The notes beneath the pieces were generated by a model that had not been told where the DNA came from, searched no databases, and worked only from the letters and a program-made list of their open reading frames with translations. A stretch of 64,000 nt of DNA, taken from the NCBI GenBank assembly GCA_965209155.1, contig OZ242383.1:2400001-2464000 (forward strand). Reading direction: 5' to 3'. The DNA is from a bacterium (GTDB lineage: Bacteria; SAR324; NAC60-12). The position numbers and the translations under genes were made by a program. Positions 10,167 to 20,762 of the stretch are shown piece by piece (within the stretch, counting starts at the first letter, position 1; every line of letters begins with the position of its first letter).

Positions 10167-10298
10167 ACGTGAATCAGGAGTTAAAAAACGTGTCATTCCT
10201 GGCTTGACCAGGAATCCAGGATGATCCGGGACCGGCATGACACATAATAATTTTTAAATTATTGATTTTATAAATTAAATTTCACTCCTCATTCGCAC
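10167..10298 (+). mobile_element. MITE-like element, family A, internally deleted copy
   Basis: ACGTGAATCAGGAG...gtcattcctggcttgaccaggaatcc...ccggcatgacac...ctcctcattcgcac. The central spacer is shorter than in the copies at 1344 and 19400. Confidence 0.8.
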
Positions 10299-10429
10299 GA
10301 ATATAATCACATTATCCTAACGAATAATCAATATAAATCAACAACTCAAAACCAGACGTCGGTGCTTTTTCGAATCGTTTTTCACTCGGTAGATTTACCG
10401 AAGGAATGCTTCTTTCCGCCAATTGCCTT

Positions 10430-11284
10430 TTACAAATGATTTTTACAGGGAAACACATTTAATTTTTTCAAAAATCCGACACGATCCCTGGCCATCATGG
10501 CTGCATTGCCGATCAATATGGCGTCAAAAGGTAAAGAAACTATCCGCGCAACATGTTCAGGAGTACTGATACAACTGGCACTGATGAGAGTTTTACCTGG
10601 CTGGGCTTTCCATTCCCTCAGGGCTTTCCATTTTTTCCACCAATTGACGCTTACTTCTACACTCCCTTGATTGTAGGTCTGAACGGGATTTGCAGGAATT
10701 GAAGCAATCGCACGGTTGTTGATCAAAAGAATATCCGGGTTAACATCGAGAGCGCGTGGAATCTCTTCTTCCAAGGAACATTCCACAACGGCTTGCAGGC
10801 CAATTTCTCTGGAATGCTCCAGGATGGATTTCAGTTCCGTTTCCTGGAAATAATAAACCAGGATGAGTGCGGCACTCGCACCTCGTATTCTGCCTTGCAG
10901 TAGTTGGTAAGGGTGAATAATGAATTCTTTATGCAGGAGTGGTAGTGTTGTCCTTTGACTGGCTATTTCCAAAGTCTCCAAGGAGCCTCCAAAATGATTT
11001 TTGTCGGTTAAAACAGAAACAGCTTTTGCCCCCCCCGCTTCGTAGTCTTTTACTAAGTGTTCAGGATCCAGCATTTTTACATTTTCCCGGTTTGGTGCTT
11101 TCGCTTTAACCTCTGCAATGATGGAAAGCGGTTGCCGAAGCGACCTTTGAATTGCTCCTGCAAAAGAAGAGGGAGGATTGAGAGTTTCAACTTGTTCCCA
11201 CAAGGCATGTTCCGGAACCAGGTGCCGGGATGCGGAAATTTCCTTAAGTTTCTCTTGGCGTACTTTATCCAGGAAGGTTTTCAA
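10430..11284 (-). CDS. trpC: Indole-3-glycerol-phosphate synthase-like protein, divergent
   Basis: IIAEVK, YEAGGAKAVSVLTD..FGGS, LPLL.K.FII..YQ and INNR motifs. Several canonical motifs are altered. Confidence 0.75.
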   Translation of the reverse strand: MKTFLDKVRQEKLKEISASRHLVPEHALWEQVETLNPPSSFAGAIQRSLRQPLSIIAEVKAKAPNRENVKMLDPEHLVKDYEAGGAKAVSVLTDKNHFGGSLETLEIASQRTTLPLLHKEFIIHPYQLLQGRIRGASAALILVYYFQETELKSILEHSREIGLQAVVECSLEEEIPRALDVNPDILLINNRAIASIPANPVQTYNQGSVEVSVNWWKKWKALREWKAQPGKTLISASCISTPEHVARIVSLPFDAILIGNAAMMARDRVGFLKKLNVFPCKNHL

Positions 11285-11442
11285 AATATTCTCCAGGATT
11301 GGTTAACAAACATCAATACGTTCCCATTTCTTCAAATTATTCCTCATTATGAATGAAACAACATCATTTAAAAATTTTTTCTTTTTTCCATTTATTTTTT
11401 CAATCATAGAGCAAAGTGAATAAAATTAGAATCTTACAAGAA

Positions 11443-12231
11443 TTATTTAGTTTTATCGCGGCGTGCGACCAGCAATGACACAAAAATGCTGATCTCAAAA
11501 AGCAGAATCAGTGGCCCTGCCATTAAACATTGAGTGAAAATATCGGGCGGCGTTAAAATGGCTGCCACAACGAAGATAGCAATAATCGCATATTTGCGAT
11601 TTTTACGAAGCCATGCCGCATCGATGACACCCAAACGCGTGAGAAATAAAACAATGATGGGTAACTCGAAAATCAATCCGAATACGAAGAGAATACGAAT
11701 GGTCAATGATAGATAGGCTCCCATTCTCAGAGAAGGTTCGGTGAAGTTATTCTGGAAACTGAGAAAAAAATCATATCCAAGTGGAAGCACAATAAAATAG
11801 CCAAACAAACCTCCTCCAACAAAAAGGGGATATGATAAAAACAAAAAGGGCCAAAATAACTTTCTCTCCTTTGGATAGAGAGCGGGTCTGGCAAAAAGCC
11901 AGGCTTGGCCGAGTGTAACAGGTAGTGTAAAAAATAAACTGGTATACAATCCAACTCGCAAATAAGTAAAAAAGGGTTCGGTCAATTCATCAAAAACCAA
12001 GGGGATATTGCGAACGTCCAGGGGTTTACGAAAAAGTGTCAAAATGGGTTGTTCCAGTTCAATTTCAACCATCGATGCAATGACGAAACCTATAAATATA
12101 AAGGCTCCGGAAATCACAATGCGCTTCCTCAATTCGGACAAGTGTTCCGTCAAGGGCATGGGTGGATCGTGAGGATTTTCTTCTGAAGCATTCGAGTTGT
12201 TCTTATTGGACATTGCCATATTTATAATCAA
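11443..12231 (-). CDS. tatC: Twin-arginine translocase subunit TatC
   Basis: MPLTEHLSELRKR, PALYPKE, FGLIFELP and AAILTPPD motifs. Confidence 0.97.
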   Translation of the reverse strand: MIINMAMSNKNNSNASEENPHDPPMPLTEHLSELRKRIVISGAFIFIGFVIASMVEIELEQPILTLFRKPLDVRNIPLVFDELTEPFFTYLRVGLYTSLFFTLPVTLGQAWLFARPALYPKERKLFWPFLFLSYPLFVGGGLFGYFIVLPLGYDFFLSFQNNFTEPSLRMGAYLSLTIRILFVFGLIFELPIIVLFLTRLGVIDAAWLRKNRKYAIIAIFVVAAILTPPDIFTQCLMAGPLILLFEISIFVSLLVARRDKTK

Positions 12232-12371
12232 TAATGAGTTTGGCAGTGGAAGAGTTTTAAATCATCCTTTGCGGTGTCGGGTAGTACTGCTTTCCGGACG
12301 GATTAGAATGAGAGTACCCGAATTGTGAGGATCGAATATGAAAATCTTCTCCGGTGGCACGCTGCTGTTTC

Positions 12372-14378
12372 CTAAAATATCAAACGAGAGTGGTGCCGGG
12401 AATATAGCTCTCCCTTTTCTTTGTGGGAAGTCACGAAGGAGACCAATTCCTGCGGAAATTCCTCGATAAATCGAGAACGATCCGCAAAATCGCTTCCACT
12501 GAATGTGCTGCTGACTATCGGAGCTGTGAGTGTCAAAAAGCGACGAGCACGGGTAATTGCCACATAAAAAAGACGCCTTTCCTCTTCTAAGAGCGATTCG
12601 GGTTCCAGGGATCGTTGATGGGGGAATTGTCCTTCTGTGAGACCAATCACGAAAACGGCATCCCATTCCAGGCCTTTTGCTTGGTGAATAGTACTGAGCG
12701 TCAAACATTCGTCTTCCTGAAATTGGTCTGCTTCATAATCTTTGATGACTGTAGGACCTACCAAAGAAAGCTCATTAAGGAGACGTTCCAAGGACTTGTA
12801 CTTACCGGCAAATTCTTCGAGATACCGGATATCGACTTCACGCTGAATTGCATTTTCATAGTTGACCATCAAATAATCCTCATAGATCACCTGATAGACT
12901 GTATTGATCATTTGCGCAGGAGTTGTCCCTTCTTCCAGAATCTTTTTGAAGCAAGAGAGAATCTGGTTCCAGTGTGTGCGTGCTTTTTGGGGAATTTTAC
13001 TTTGTAATTCCTTATTTTCTGATGTGAGATGAACCGCTTTTTGATCAAGAAAGATTTGGAAAATTTTTTGTGCCGTCGTATTTCCGATTCCAGGAACCAT
13101 TTTCAGAACCCGCATCCATGCAATTTCATCCAGGGGATTGAAAACTATTTTAAGAAACGAAAGGATGTCCTTCATATGGGCTTGTTCAAAAAACTGTACG
13201 CCGGAGCGGATAATAAAGGGAATACCCCTTTGGGTCAACGCCAACTGCAAGGTTGCTGATTGTACATGATTCCGATATAAGACGCTGATTTCATTCAAGC
13301 TGATGTCTTGGTCTTTCAGTTTAAAGATTTGTTCTACAACCACTTCCGCTTCTCGCTCCGTGTCATAAATCGCATACAACGCAGGTTTGACCAAACGGGG
13401 CAAGATGGTATAGAGGTCTTTACGAAATTGCGATTTATTCAAGTTGATACTGCAATTTGCCAATGCTAAAATTTCCGGCGTACTCCGGTAGTTTTGCTCA
13501 AGACGATAAACAGTGGCCTGATATTTATCAGGGAATTCGAGAATATTCTTGAAATTGGCGCCTCTCCAACTGTAAATCGACTGAGCATCGTCACCTACGA
13601 CCATCAAATTTCCGTGCGTTTGAGCCAAGTGTTTCAAAATGCCGGCTTGGACTATATTTGTATCTTGGTACTCATCAACGAGAATAAACTGGATTTGCTG
13701 AACCAAAGGCATTTTGTTGAAGTTTTTCAATAAGAGATCCAACCAATTTTCAAGCAAATCATCAAAATCCATCGCATTGTTCCGTCTTTTTTTTCGACGA
13801 TAATTGCGATGAACCTTCAATATTTCAGAAATGAGTGGATAAAATCGAGGATATTGAGATTCGAGCAATTCTTCCAGACCAAAATCTCGGGTGGAATAGG
13901 GTTTGCGTTGCAAGGAAATTTCATCACAATTCTGATTAAAAGCCAGAGAAAAGATATCTTGCAACAATGCCGTCTTTGGAAAGTTCTTTCCAGGGGATCC
14001 CAGCGCGTCTGCCACGGCTGCTTTAAGCAGATCGCGGGAATCTGAATTGTCTAAGATTGAATAATTATTTTTATATTCTAAAAGCGGAGCATGGCGACGG
14101 AGAAAACGATTGGCCAGACTATGAAAGGTACCATGGATCAGAGTATTTTTAATTTTTGTCTGATCAATGGATTTGGCCACTCGCTGGACCATTTCCTGCG
14201 CTGCTTTATTGGTAAATGTGACCAGCATGATACTTGACGGATTTACCCCCGATCGCACCAACTTGGTCACACGATGGACAATCACTCGGGTTTTACCACT
14301 TCCGGCACCTGCAATCACTAAGACAGGGCCGTTGCGGTGATTGACGATTTGCTGCTGAGCAGTATTCAATACCTCCAT
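12372..14378 (-). CDS. UvrD/Rep/PcrA family ATP-dependent DNA helicase
   Basis: AGAGSGKT, VDEYQD, VGDDAQSIY.WRGA, LEQNYRS, STIHQAKGLEW and EERRLFYVAITRA motifs. Confidence 0.95.
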   Translation of the reverse strand: MEVLNTAQQQIVNHRNGPVLVIAGAGSGKTRVIVHRVTKLVRSGVNPSSIMLVTFTNKAAQEMVQRVAKSIDQTKIKNTLIHGTFHSLANRFLRRHAPLLEYKNNYSILDNSDSRDLLKAAVADALGSPGKNFPKTALLQDIFSLAFNQNCDEISLQRKPYSTRDFGLEELLESQYPRFYPLISEILKVHRNYRRKKRRNNAMDFDDLLENWLDLLLKNFNKMPLVQQIQFILVDEYQDTNIVQAGILKHLAQTHGNLMVVGDDAQSIYSWRGANFKNILEFPDKYQATVYRLEQNYRSTPEILALANCSINLNKSQFRKDLYTILPRLVKPALYAIYDTEREAEVVVEQIFKLKDQDISLNEISVLYRNHVQSATLQLALTQRGIPFIIRSGVQFFEQAHMKDILSFLKIVFNPLDEIAWMRVLKMVPGIGNTTAQKIFQIFLDQKAVHLTSENKELQSKIPQKARTHWNQILSCFKKILEEGTTPAQMINTVYQVIYEDYLMVNYENAIQREVDIRYLEEFAGKYKSLERLLNELSLVGPTVIKDYEADQFQEDECLTLSTIHQAKGLEWDAVFVIGLTEGQFPHQRSLEPESLLEEERRLFYVAITRARRFLTLTAPIVSSTFSGSDFADRSRFIEEFPQELVSFVTSHKEKGELYSRHHSRLIF

Positions 14379-14490
14379 GGCATGAAAAGCAGTGGGTGGT
14401 TGACAGAAAAAAATATATACTTCCCCGTTTTTATATAGGAATCCTTGTTAGATGAAAAGGACTTTCCCCTCTTAAAAAAAGAAAACCACG

Positions 14491-15831
14491 ATGAACTTGA
14501 ATTCCCTGGCAAACAGCATCAATTCATTCCTCAGCCAGTTTTTCAATAGCCAATTTCCGGCAGACACTATCCCTTATCTCCTTGCCGGGTTTGCCCTGAT
14601 TGTGATTCTTGGAATTTCCCTGCTGATCTACATATATCGGACCAGGTCGGCCCGTAATTCAGGAGAGCGAAAACTTTCAGAAAAAGTAACAGAAAAAAAA
14701 CTGCTTCAATTTGAAAAAATACAACTCAAACAACAAAGGGTAGCAGAAAAAAAGAGAGAGCAAATTGAAAAACAAAAACAATTGAAGAAGCTGAGTCGCG
14801 TTCAGGACAAAACGCGACACATTCAAGAGGAATTAGAGAAAATAGAAAAAGAGCGCCCCCCCCGAATTCTGCAAAAAGAATGGCCTTCCCCTCCCCAAAG
14901 GACCGTAGTTCCGGAAACAGGCGCCTTTCTGGAACGCTTGAGAAAAGGAATGGAAAAAACCCGTCACAACCTCATACAGGGGATTGGCAACGTTGCATTG
15001 GGAAAAAAAGAAATTGATGGGGAACTCCTGGAAGAGCTCGAAGAATTGTTGATTGCCGCCGATATTGGTCCGGAGACGACTTATCGTATCCTCGATGCTA
15101 TTACTGAAAAAGTGAAACGGGAACAATTGAAAGACCCTCGATTTTTAAGGGAAATGCTTCAAAGTGAAATTGTCTCAATCATGGAAAAAAAATATGAGGC
15201 AGCGGCAACTGAAGATAAAAATCCGTTGGTGCTTTTATTTGTTGGAGTCAACGGTGTCGGGAAAACCACCACGATTGGAAAAGTGGCGGCACAATATCAA
15301 AATGAGGGAAAAAAAGTCCTTATGGGCGCCGGAGATACTTTTCGAGCGGCAGCAATTGAACAACTGACCGAATGGAGTAAGCGTGCTGGTTGTGACATTG
15401 TCGCTAAATCAGAACAAAGCGATCCTGCTTCGGTATTGTATGAAGCACTCCAAAAAGCCCTCGAAGATCACTACGATGTAGTGATTTGCGATACTGCGGG
15501 TCGATTACACACAAAAAAGAACCTCATGGAAGAATTGAAAAAAATGATGCGTGTCATGAAAAAGCTCATTCCGGATGCACCCCATGAAATCTTTCTGGTT
15601 CTGGATGCCACTACTGGTCAAAATGCGATTTTCCAAGTTCGTGAGTTTCGTGAGATCGCTGAATTGACAGGGTTGGTGATCACTAAATTGGATGGAACCG
15701 CCAAAGGAGGCGTGGTGATAGGAATCGTTAACGAATTCGATATTCCCGTACGTTTTATAGGGATCGGGGAAAGTATCAATGACCTGCGACCCTTCAATGC
15801 GACCGACTTCACGCAATCCCTCTTCACCTGA
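14491..15831 (+). CDS. ftsY: SRP receptor FtsY with N-terminal membrane anchor
   Basis: GVNGVGKTTTIGK, DTFRAAA, DTAGR and TKLDGTAKGG motifs. Confidence 0.97.
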   Translation: MNLNSLANSINSFLSQFFNSQFPADTIPYLLAGFALIVILGISLLIYIYRTRSARNSGERKLSEKVTEKKLLQFEKIQLKQQRVAEKKREQIEKQKQLKKLSRVQDKTRHIQEELEKIEKERPPRILQKEWPSPPQRTVVPETGAFLERLRKGMEKTRHNLIQGIGNVALGKKEIDGELLEELEELLIAADIGPETTYRILDAITEKVKREQLKDPRFLREMLQSEIVSIMEKKYEAAATEDKNPLVLLFVGVNGVGKTTTIGKVAAQYQNEGKKVLMGAGDTFRAAAIEQLTEWSKRAGCDIVAKSEQSDPASVLYEALQKALEDHYDVVICDTAGRLHTKKNLMEELKKMMRVMKKLIPDAPHEIFLVLDATTGQNAIFQVREFREIAELTGLVITKLDGTAKGGVVIGIVNEFDIPVRFIGIGESINDLRPFNATDFTQSLFT

Positions 15832-15849
15832 AGAATGGAAAGAGACGCT

Positions 15850-16827
15850 TTATCGGTTTTTTTGCTCAGCCAAAGCTTGGATCAGCGCATCCAAATCGAA
15901 TGGAATCGGAGATGTGAAATGTTGATGTTCTCCCGTCACAGGATGGATAAAACCCAACTCACGCGCATGCAAAGCCAGCCGTCCGCATTGAAGGAGAATC
16001 GTCTGTAGTTTCGAGGATTGCAGCCGCGCATGCCGGATTGGGTTGCGTCCATACTGCAGGTCACCCCATATTGGCATATTTTGAGAACTGAGATGGACTC
16101 GGATTTGGTGAGTCCGCCCGGTTTTCAAACGGCATTCCAAATGAGCAAACGGTGGATAGCGGGCGATAACTTTCCAATGGGTAGTGGCAGGTTTGCCATT
16201 TATGACAATCGCCTTTTTTTTACGATTTTTTGGATGCCTGCCAATGGCGCTCTCGATCGTTCCCCTATCTTGCAAAGGATCTCCATAGATCAACGCCTCA
16301 TAGATGCGATGGATGGTGTGTTCTTGAAATTGACGTGAGAGATTTGTGTGTGCCACATCGGTTTTAGCAACGACCAGGACGCCTGTGGTATCTTTATCCA
16401 AACGGTGTACAATTCCAGGACGCAATTTTCCCCCAATTCCGGAAAGATCCGGACAATGATGCAACAGCAAGTTAACGAGCGTTCCGGAATCGTGGCCTGG
16501 AGCAGGATGTACCACCATTCCCGCTGCTTTGTTGATGACAATCAAGTTGGCATCTTCAAATAAAATATCCAACTCTCCGGATTCGGGTACGACGTCTAAA
16601 GGTTCGGGTTTCATCAGCGAAAATCGAATACAATCTCCCAAGCGTACTTTATAGGAAGGCGAAACGGGTTGTCCGTTGACTTCTGCCATTCCTTTCTTTA
16701 ACAGTCGTTGAGCCAGTGAGCGTGAATTCACTTCGCAATAGGAACTGAGCAAAACATCTATACGACGCCTGGCGTCGGCTTCGCTCACTTTGTAAGTAAT
16801 CAATTCTTCCATAGATATTGAATACAA
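15850..16827 (-). CDS. rluD: RluA/RluD family 23S rRNA pseudouridine synthase
   Basis: S4-like N-terminus with NKAAGMVVHP, RPGIVHRLDKDTTG and TGRTHQIRVH motifs. Confidence 0.93.
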   Translation of the reverse strand: MYSISMEELITYKVSEADARRRIDVLLSSYCEVNSRSLAQRLLKKGMAEVNGQPVSPSYKVRLGDCIRFSLMKPEPLDVVPESGELDILFEDANLIVINKAAGMVVHPAPGHDSGTLVNLLLHHCPDLSGIGGKLRPGIVHRLDKDTTGVLVVAKTDVAHTNLSRQFQEHTIHRIYEALIYGDPLQDRGTIESAIGRHPKNRKKKAIVINGKPATTHWKVIARYPPFAHLECRLKTGRTHQIRVHLSSQNMPIWGDLQYGRNPIRHARLQSSKLQTILLQCGRLALHARELGFIHPVTGEHQHFTSPIPFDLDALIQALAEQKNR

Positions 16828-16829
16828 GA

Positions 16830-18311
16830 CTAATACTCGTACAACTCGAACTGCTCATGATGGAGTGAGTTGGATGTTTTGAAAATGACTTTGTGTCCTA
16901 AATCTTTTTCAATTTTTTGCAACGTGGGAATTTCCGCTTCCAGGTATTCGTGAACGTCTGGGTGGACGTGGACGACAAAGGAACCATTGCGATTTTTGGG
17001 TCGAGTGCGATAGAGTTCTCTGAAAATTTCAAAGCTCACGGTGGAGACGGATTTCAATCGTCCCTTTCCTTCACAATAAGGGCAGGGATCACAGAGGTAA
17101 CGCGCCAGGTTTTCACGGTCTCGTTTTCTCGTCATTTCCACCAGCCCCATTTCACTGATTTGCAAAATTTTGCTCCTCATCTTGTCATATTTTAGCTGTT
17201 CTTTGAGAGCGTTATAGACTTTCTGCCGGTGTTCCGGCAATTCCATGTCAATGAAATCGATTATAATGATACCTCCGATATTGCGTAATTGCAGTTGATA
17301 GACCAATTCTTCTACAGCTTCCAGGTTTGTTTTAAGAATGGTTTTTTCCCGACTTTCCTGACTTACGAAACGTCCTGTGTTCACATCAACGGCAGTCAAG
17401 GCTTCAGTTTGGTCAATCATCAAATACCCTCGGGATTTGAGCCAGACTTTTTGTCCCAACGCCCGTTCGATTTCGGCTTCAATACCATAATGGTCAAAAA
17501 TCGGCACCTCCTTGGTGAAATACTCCAATATTGAACGATAGCGTGGCAAGTAGTTGTCGAGAAATTTTTTAACATTTTTGTACTCACGCTTATTGTCGAT
17601 GATCACTCTGCGAATTTCCGGAGAGAGTATGTCTCGAATCGAACGAAACACGACATGCAAATCGCTGTGCAATAATGCAGGCGCTTCCCTTTCCTGAAAA
17701 CGGTTCAGGACGTCATCCCAGATGGATACCAAATAATTCAAATCCGATCGCAGATCGTCTTCCGTACGCCCTTCCGCAACGGTCCGAATGATAAAGCCCG
17801 ATTTTTCGGGACGAAGTCTATTGACAGTTTCTTTGAGACGCAATCGTTCCTCATGAGTGGTGATTTGACGAGAGACCCCCAGTGTTTTCACGGTTGGCAT
17901 ATAAACCAGATTGCGTCCGGGGATGGAAATATGGCTCGTGATCCGGGCTCCCTTCGTCCCGATAGGCCCCTTGGAAACTTGAACCAGAATGTCCTGCTTT
18001 TCTGAAAGCAAGTCGTCGATCTTCACTTTTTCGTTGCGACCGACGGGAGTCGTTTTTTCCTCTTCATCAAAAATAACATTCTCTGGCTGGACGTCATCGA
18101 TATATAAGAAAGCGGCTCTTTCGACTCCTATGTCTACAAATGCGGCGTCCATACTCGGCAAAACTTTTAATACTTTGCCCTTATAAATGTTTCCAACAAT
18201 TCCTTTCTCCTTGAGTCGTTCGAAATACAACTCCGAAACAAGACCATTGCTTTCCATAACCGCAACTCTTGCTTCATGAGGCGAGTAATTGATGATCATA
18301 TCTTTTGGCAT
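16830..18311 (-). CDS. rng: Rne/Rng family ribonuclease (RNase G size)
   Basis: VGNIYKGKV, AAFVDIG, TEALTAVDVNTG, LRNIGGIIIIDFIDM and CPYCEGKG motifs. Confidence 0.93.
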   Translation of the reverse strand: MPKDMIINYSPHEARVAVMESNGLVSELYFERLKEKGIVGNIYKGKVLKVLPSMDAAFVDIGVERAAFLYIDDVQPENVIFDEEEKTTPVGRNEKVKIDDLLSEKQDILVQVSKGPIGTKGARITSHISIPGRNLVYMPTVKTLGVSRQITTHEERLRLKETVNRLRPEKSGFIIRTVAEGRTEDDLRSDLNYLVSIWDDVLNRFQEREAPALLHSDLHVVFRSIRDILSPEIRRVIIDNKREYKNVKKFLDNYLPRYRSILEYFTKEVPIFDHYGIEAEIERALGQKVWLKSRGYLMIDQTEALTAVDVNTGRFVSQESREKTILKTNLEAVEELVYQLQLRNIGGIIIIDFIDMELPEHRQKVYNALKEQLKYDKMRSKILQISEMGLVEMTRKRDRENLARYLCDPCPYCEGKGRLKSVSTVSFEIFRELYRTRPKNRNGSFVVHVHPDVHEYLEAEIPTLQKIEKDLGHKVIFKTSNSLHHEQFELYEY

Positions 18312-18358
18312 ATTAACACTCTATTATTGAAATAAGGGACTGTTGTTGAAAGTCCCGA

Positions 18359-19351
18359 TCATTGTGGATCTGGTGACAATTTCGTGGGTTTCACCCACAA
18401 AGAAATTTTTGGCCATTGTTGCAACAAAGAAATCCCTTCCGGAAGGATCGCTTCGGGTTGCACCCAATAGCTTCCTGGCTTGTATTGCACCAGGTCAATC
18501 GTTCCATAAATCTGGGAAGGCTCCAAGTTGTTCACCAGTTCTTCAGGTCCTTCCACAAACAGGTTGAATTCCGTCGGGTTGGTGACGGACACATAATTTT
18601 GATTCAGCAAAAGAATCTCCACGTTGTCAAAGCGCTTACGGACCGACAAACTGGAAACCATCACGTTGGCAATATACGAGTCGATTCCATCATCTGAAAT
18701 CTGTAAGTTGGGATCCGGCAAATCCAGGCTGACAATCATTTCAAGCGAACTATTTATATCCTGCAAATCTATTTCATTGGTAAAAACCGCATCTATGCTC
18801 TGCAAAACCGATTGGGGCCCTTTCACTTTGACAGTCCCGGGAAAAATTTGGATACCTCGCAAAATCTTACCGGACTGCAGTTGCCCCTGGTAACGGGCAC
18901 GAATTGTCAGTTGTTTTTCTATCATCTCTTCAATCATCAATTCAATTTGGGCAGGAATGATATGCGCTACGGAAATACTCTCCGAAATGGGAATGTTCTG
19001 CTCAGTCAGGGTGTATTGATAAAGACCGGACCGGGCATTGGTCAAATCAACGGTGGCCTGAAGAGCGGAGGGATTGAAGTTGTTGCGGTAACGGCGGAGA
19101 ATGCGCCCTGAAACACTGACTACGGAAGGAACGTCAGAGGTGATTTGCATATGGGCGGGTAGATTGATGAAAACCAGAGGTACAAAAAAACTGATTTCAA
19201 CAGACTCTCCTCCCTGTTTGGCTAAAAACCAAACAAACGAAGCCAACAAAAAGGAAAGAAGGGCAAATGGCAGAATTTTCTTTATCTTCAACACGATTGA
19301 CCACTTGAAATGGAGAGGGATGATCCCTGTCGAAAATGTCCCGGGAATCAA
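18359..19351 (-). CDS. cdaR: CdaR/YbbR-like protein (true start probably ~19295)
   Basis: N-terminal TM (LLSFLLASFVWF), YbbR-like repeats (V.V.GP.S.L). Directly downstream of cdaA. Confidence 0.8.
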   Translation of the reverse strand: MIPGTFSTGIIPLHFKWSIVLKIKKILPFALLSFLLASFVWFLAKQGGESVEISFFVPLVFINLPAHMQITSDVPSVVSVSGRILRRYRNNFNPSALQATVDLTNARSGLYQYTLTEQNIPISESISVAHIIPAQIELMIEEMIEKQLTIRARYQGQLQSGKILRGIQIFPGTVKVKGPQSVLQSIDAVFTNEIDLQDINSSLEMIVSLDLPDPNLQISDDGIDSYIANVMVSSLSVRKRFDNVEILLLNQNYVSVTNPTEFNLFVEGPEELVNNLEPSQIYGTIDLVQYKPGSYWVQPEAILPEGISLLQQWPKISLWVKPTKLSPDPQ

Positions 19352-19399
19352 ATTCGTATCGGATCAAACCGTCACCGTCGCCGATTTTTTATTTTTCTT

Positions 19400-19560
19400 A
19401 CGTGAATCAGGAGTTAAAAAACGTGTCATTCCTGGCTTGACCAGGAATCCAGGGGGATCCGGGCGATATTTTGGATGCCGGATCTTCCTGGTCCGGCATG
19501 ACACATCATAATTATTAAATTATTGATTTTATAAATTAAATTTCAACTCCTGATTCGCAT
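19400..19560 (+). mobile_element. MITE-like element, family A, inserted in the 3' end of cdaA
   Basis: ACGTGAATCAGG...CCTGATTCGCAT, flanked by TCTT on both sides. Overlaps the cdaA stop codon. Confidence 0.85.
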
Positions 19561-20374
19561 TCTTCTTATCAGCTTCAATGATTTCAGATACAGGTTTTTC
19601 ACTTTCGGGTAAATCTGTCGTATCCACATTCATCAAGTCGAACAAAAGCTTTTTGATATTGGGATTGGAAGATTCCCGGTATAATTCTCCTTTGTGACTC
19701 AAGCTGATTTCACTTCGTTCTTCTGAAACAACAAGCACCAGCGCGTCCGATTCTTCCGTCAATCCAATCGCAGCGCGGTGGCGGGTGCCCAACATGGGAC
19801 TGACAATCACGTTTGTGGAAATTGGTAATAAACAACACGCGGCGGCCAAACGACCTTTGCGATCTATGATGACTGCCCCATCATGGAGCGGGGAGGTGGA
19901 GCGAAAAATGCTCATCAACAATTCCTTACTGCACACAGCATCGATAGCCGTACCCTTTTCTATATAGTTGCGCAGTCCCACGTCACGCTCAAATACAACC
20001 AGGGCGCCTACATTCTCCCGTGCCATCGTTTTTGCCCCCTGAATGACTTCGTCTATCATCCCTTTCTTGAACGGATTGCCCCCTGTAAAAAAAGTGATCA
20101 GACCAAATTGAGCCAGAGCATTACGAATTTCGGACTGAAAAAGAATCACCAACACCAACACCAGCGAATTTGCCAAATTGTCCAATAGCAGTCCAATTGC
20201 TTCCAGTTGAAGAATCCGCGTTAACAGGTAAACTGCTAATACTAAGCAAAAACCGACGAGGATCGGCATCGTCCGGGTTTCTTTGACCAGGGTGAAGAGC
20301 CGGTAAAATATAATGGTCAGTAACAGGATGTCGACAACATCCGGCCATCCTACGTTTTGAAAAATTTCTATCAT
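19529..20374 (-). CDS. cdaA: Diadenylate cyclase CdaA (c-di-AMP synthase)
   Basis: Three N-terminal TMs, FQSEIR, SPLHDGAV (DGA) and GTRHRAA (RHR) motifs. Confidence 0.95.
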   Translation of the reverse strand: MIEIFQNVGWPDVVDILLLTIIFYRLFTLVKETRTMPILVGFCLVLAVYLLTRILQLEAIGLLLDNLANSLVLVLVILFQSEIRNALAQFGLITFFTGGNPFKKGMIDEVIQGAKTMARENVGALVVFERDVGLRNYIEKGTAIDAVCSKELLMSIFRSTSPLHDGAVIIDRKGRLAAACCLLPISTNVIVSPMLGTRHRAAIGLTEESDALVLVVSEERSEISLSHKGELYRESSNPNIKKLLFDLMNVDTTDLPESEKPVSEIIEADKKNANQELKFNL

Positions 20375-20465
20375 AATTCATTCCAGACAAACCATGCCCG
20401 AGGAACCGTCTGCTGATCTGAGAGTCGCCTGGTACACTGCAACGAAAGTCTGAACTTACCCTCTA

Positions 20466-20584
20466 TGTCATTCCTTCCAAACTTGTCCCCGCTAAACTTT
20501 TCCCCGCGAAAGCGGGGAGCGGGGAGCGGAATTCCAGGGTATCGAAACTTTCCCTGGATTCCGGGTCTTCGCCCGGAATAACAG
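20466..20584. repeat. GTCATTCC-type REP-like pair with nested CCCCGCGAAAGCGGGG hairpin
   Basis: tgtcattcc...ccccgcgaaagcggggagcgggga...ccctggattccgggtcttcgcccggaataaca in the ftsH-cdaA gap. Confidence 0.65.
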
Positions 20585-20762
20585 CGGCTTGAATAGACGG
20601 AAGGAGAAAAACATGTACGCACTTTTACCCTGTGGTACCAGTAACACATCGGCAATGGAGCGGATCAGGTGATACCACGCGTCATGGGGAGCAAATATCA
20701 GGGAAGGATACTGCGCTGAAAAATATTGAAGGCCGCATTGGCTACCGGGAGTATGTACCTGG

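Noticed and set aside
19101..19511. 136-aa plus-strand ORF ending in VIPGLTRNPG
   Set aside because: It is antisense to cdaR and reads into the MITE.
20371..20762. 94-aa ORF or folP remnant between ftsH and cdaA
   Set aside because: The ORF runs through the REP-like pair, and no FolP motifs were seen on manual reading.
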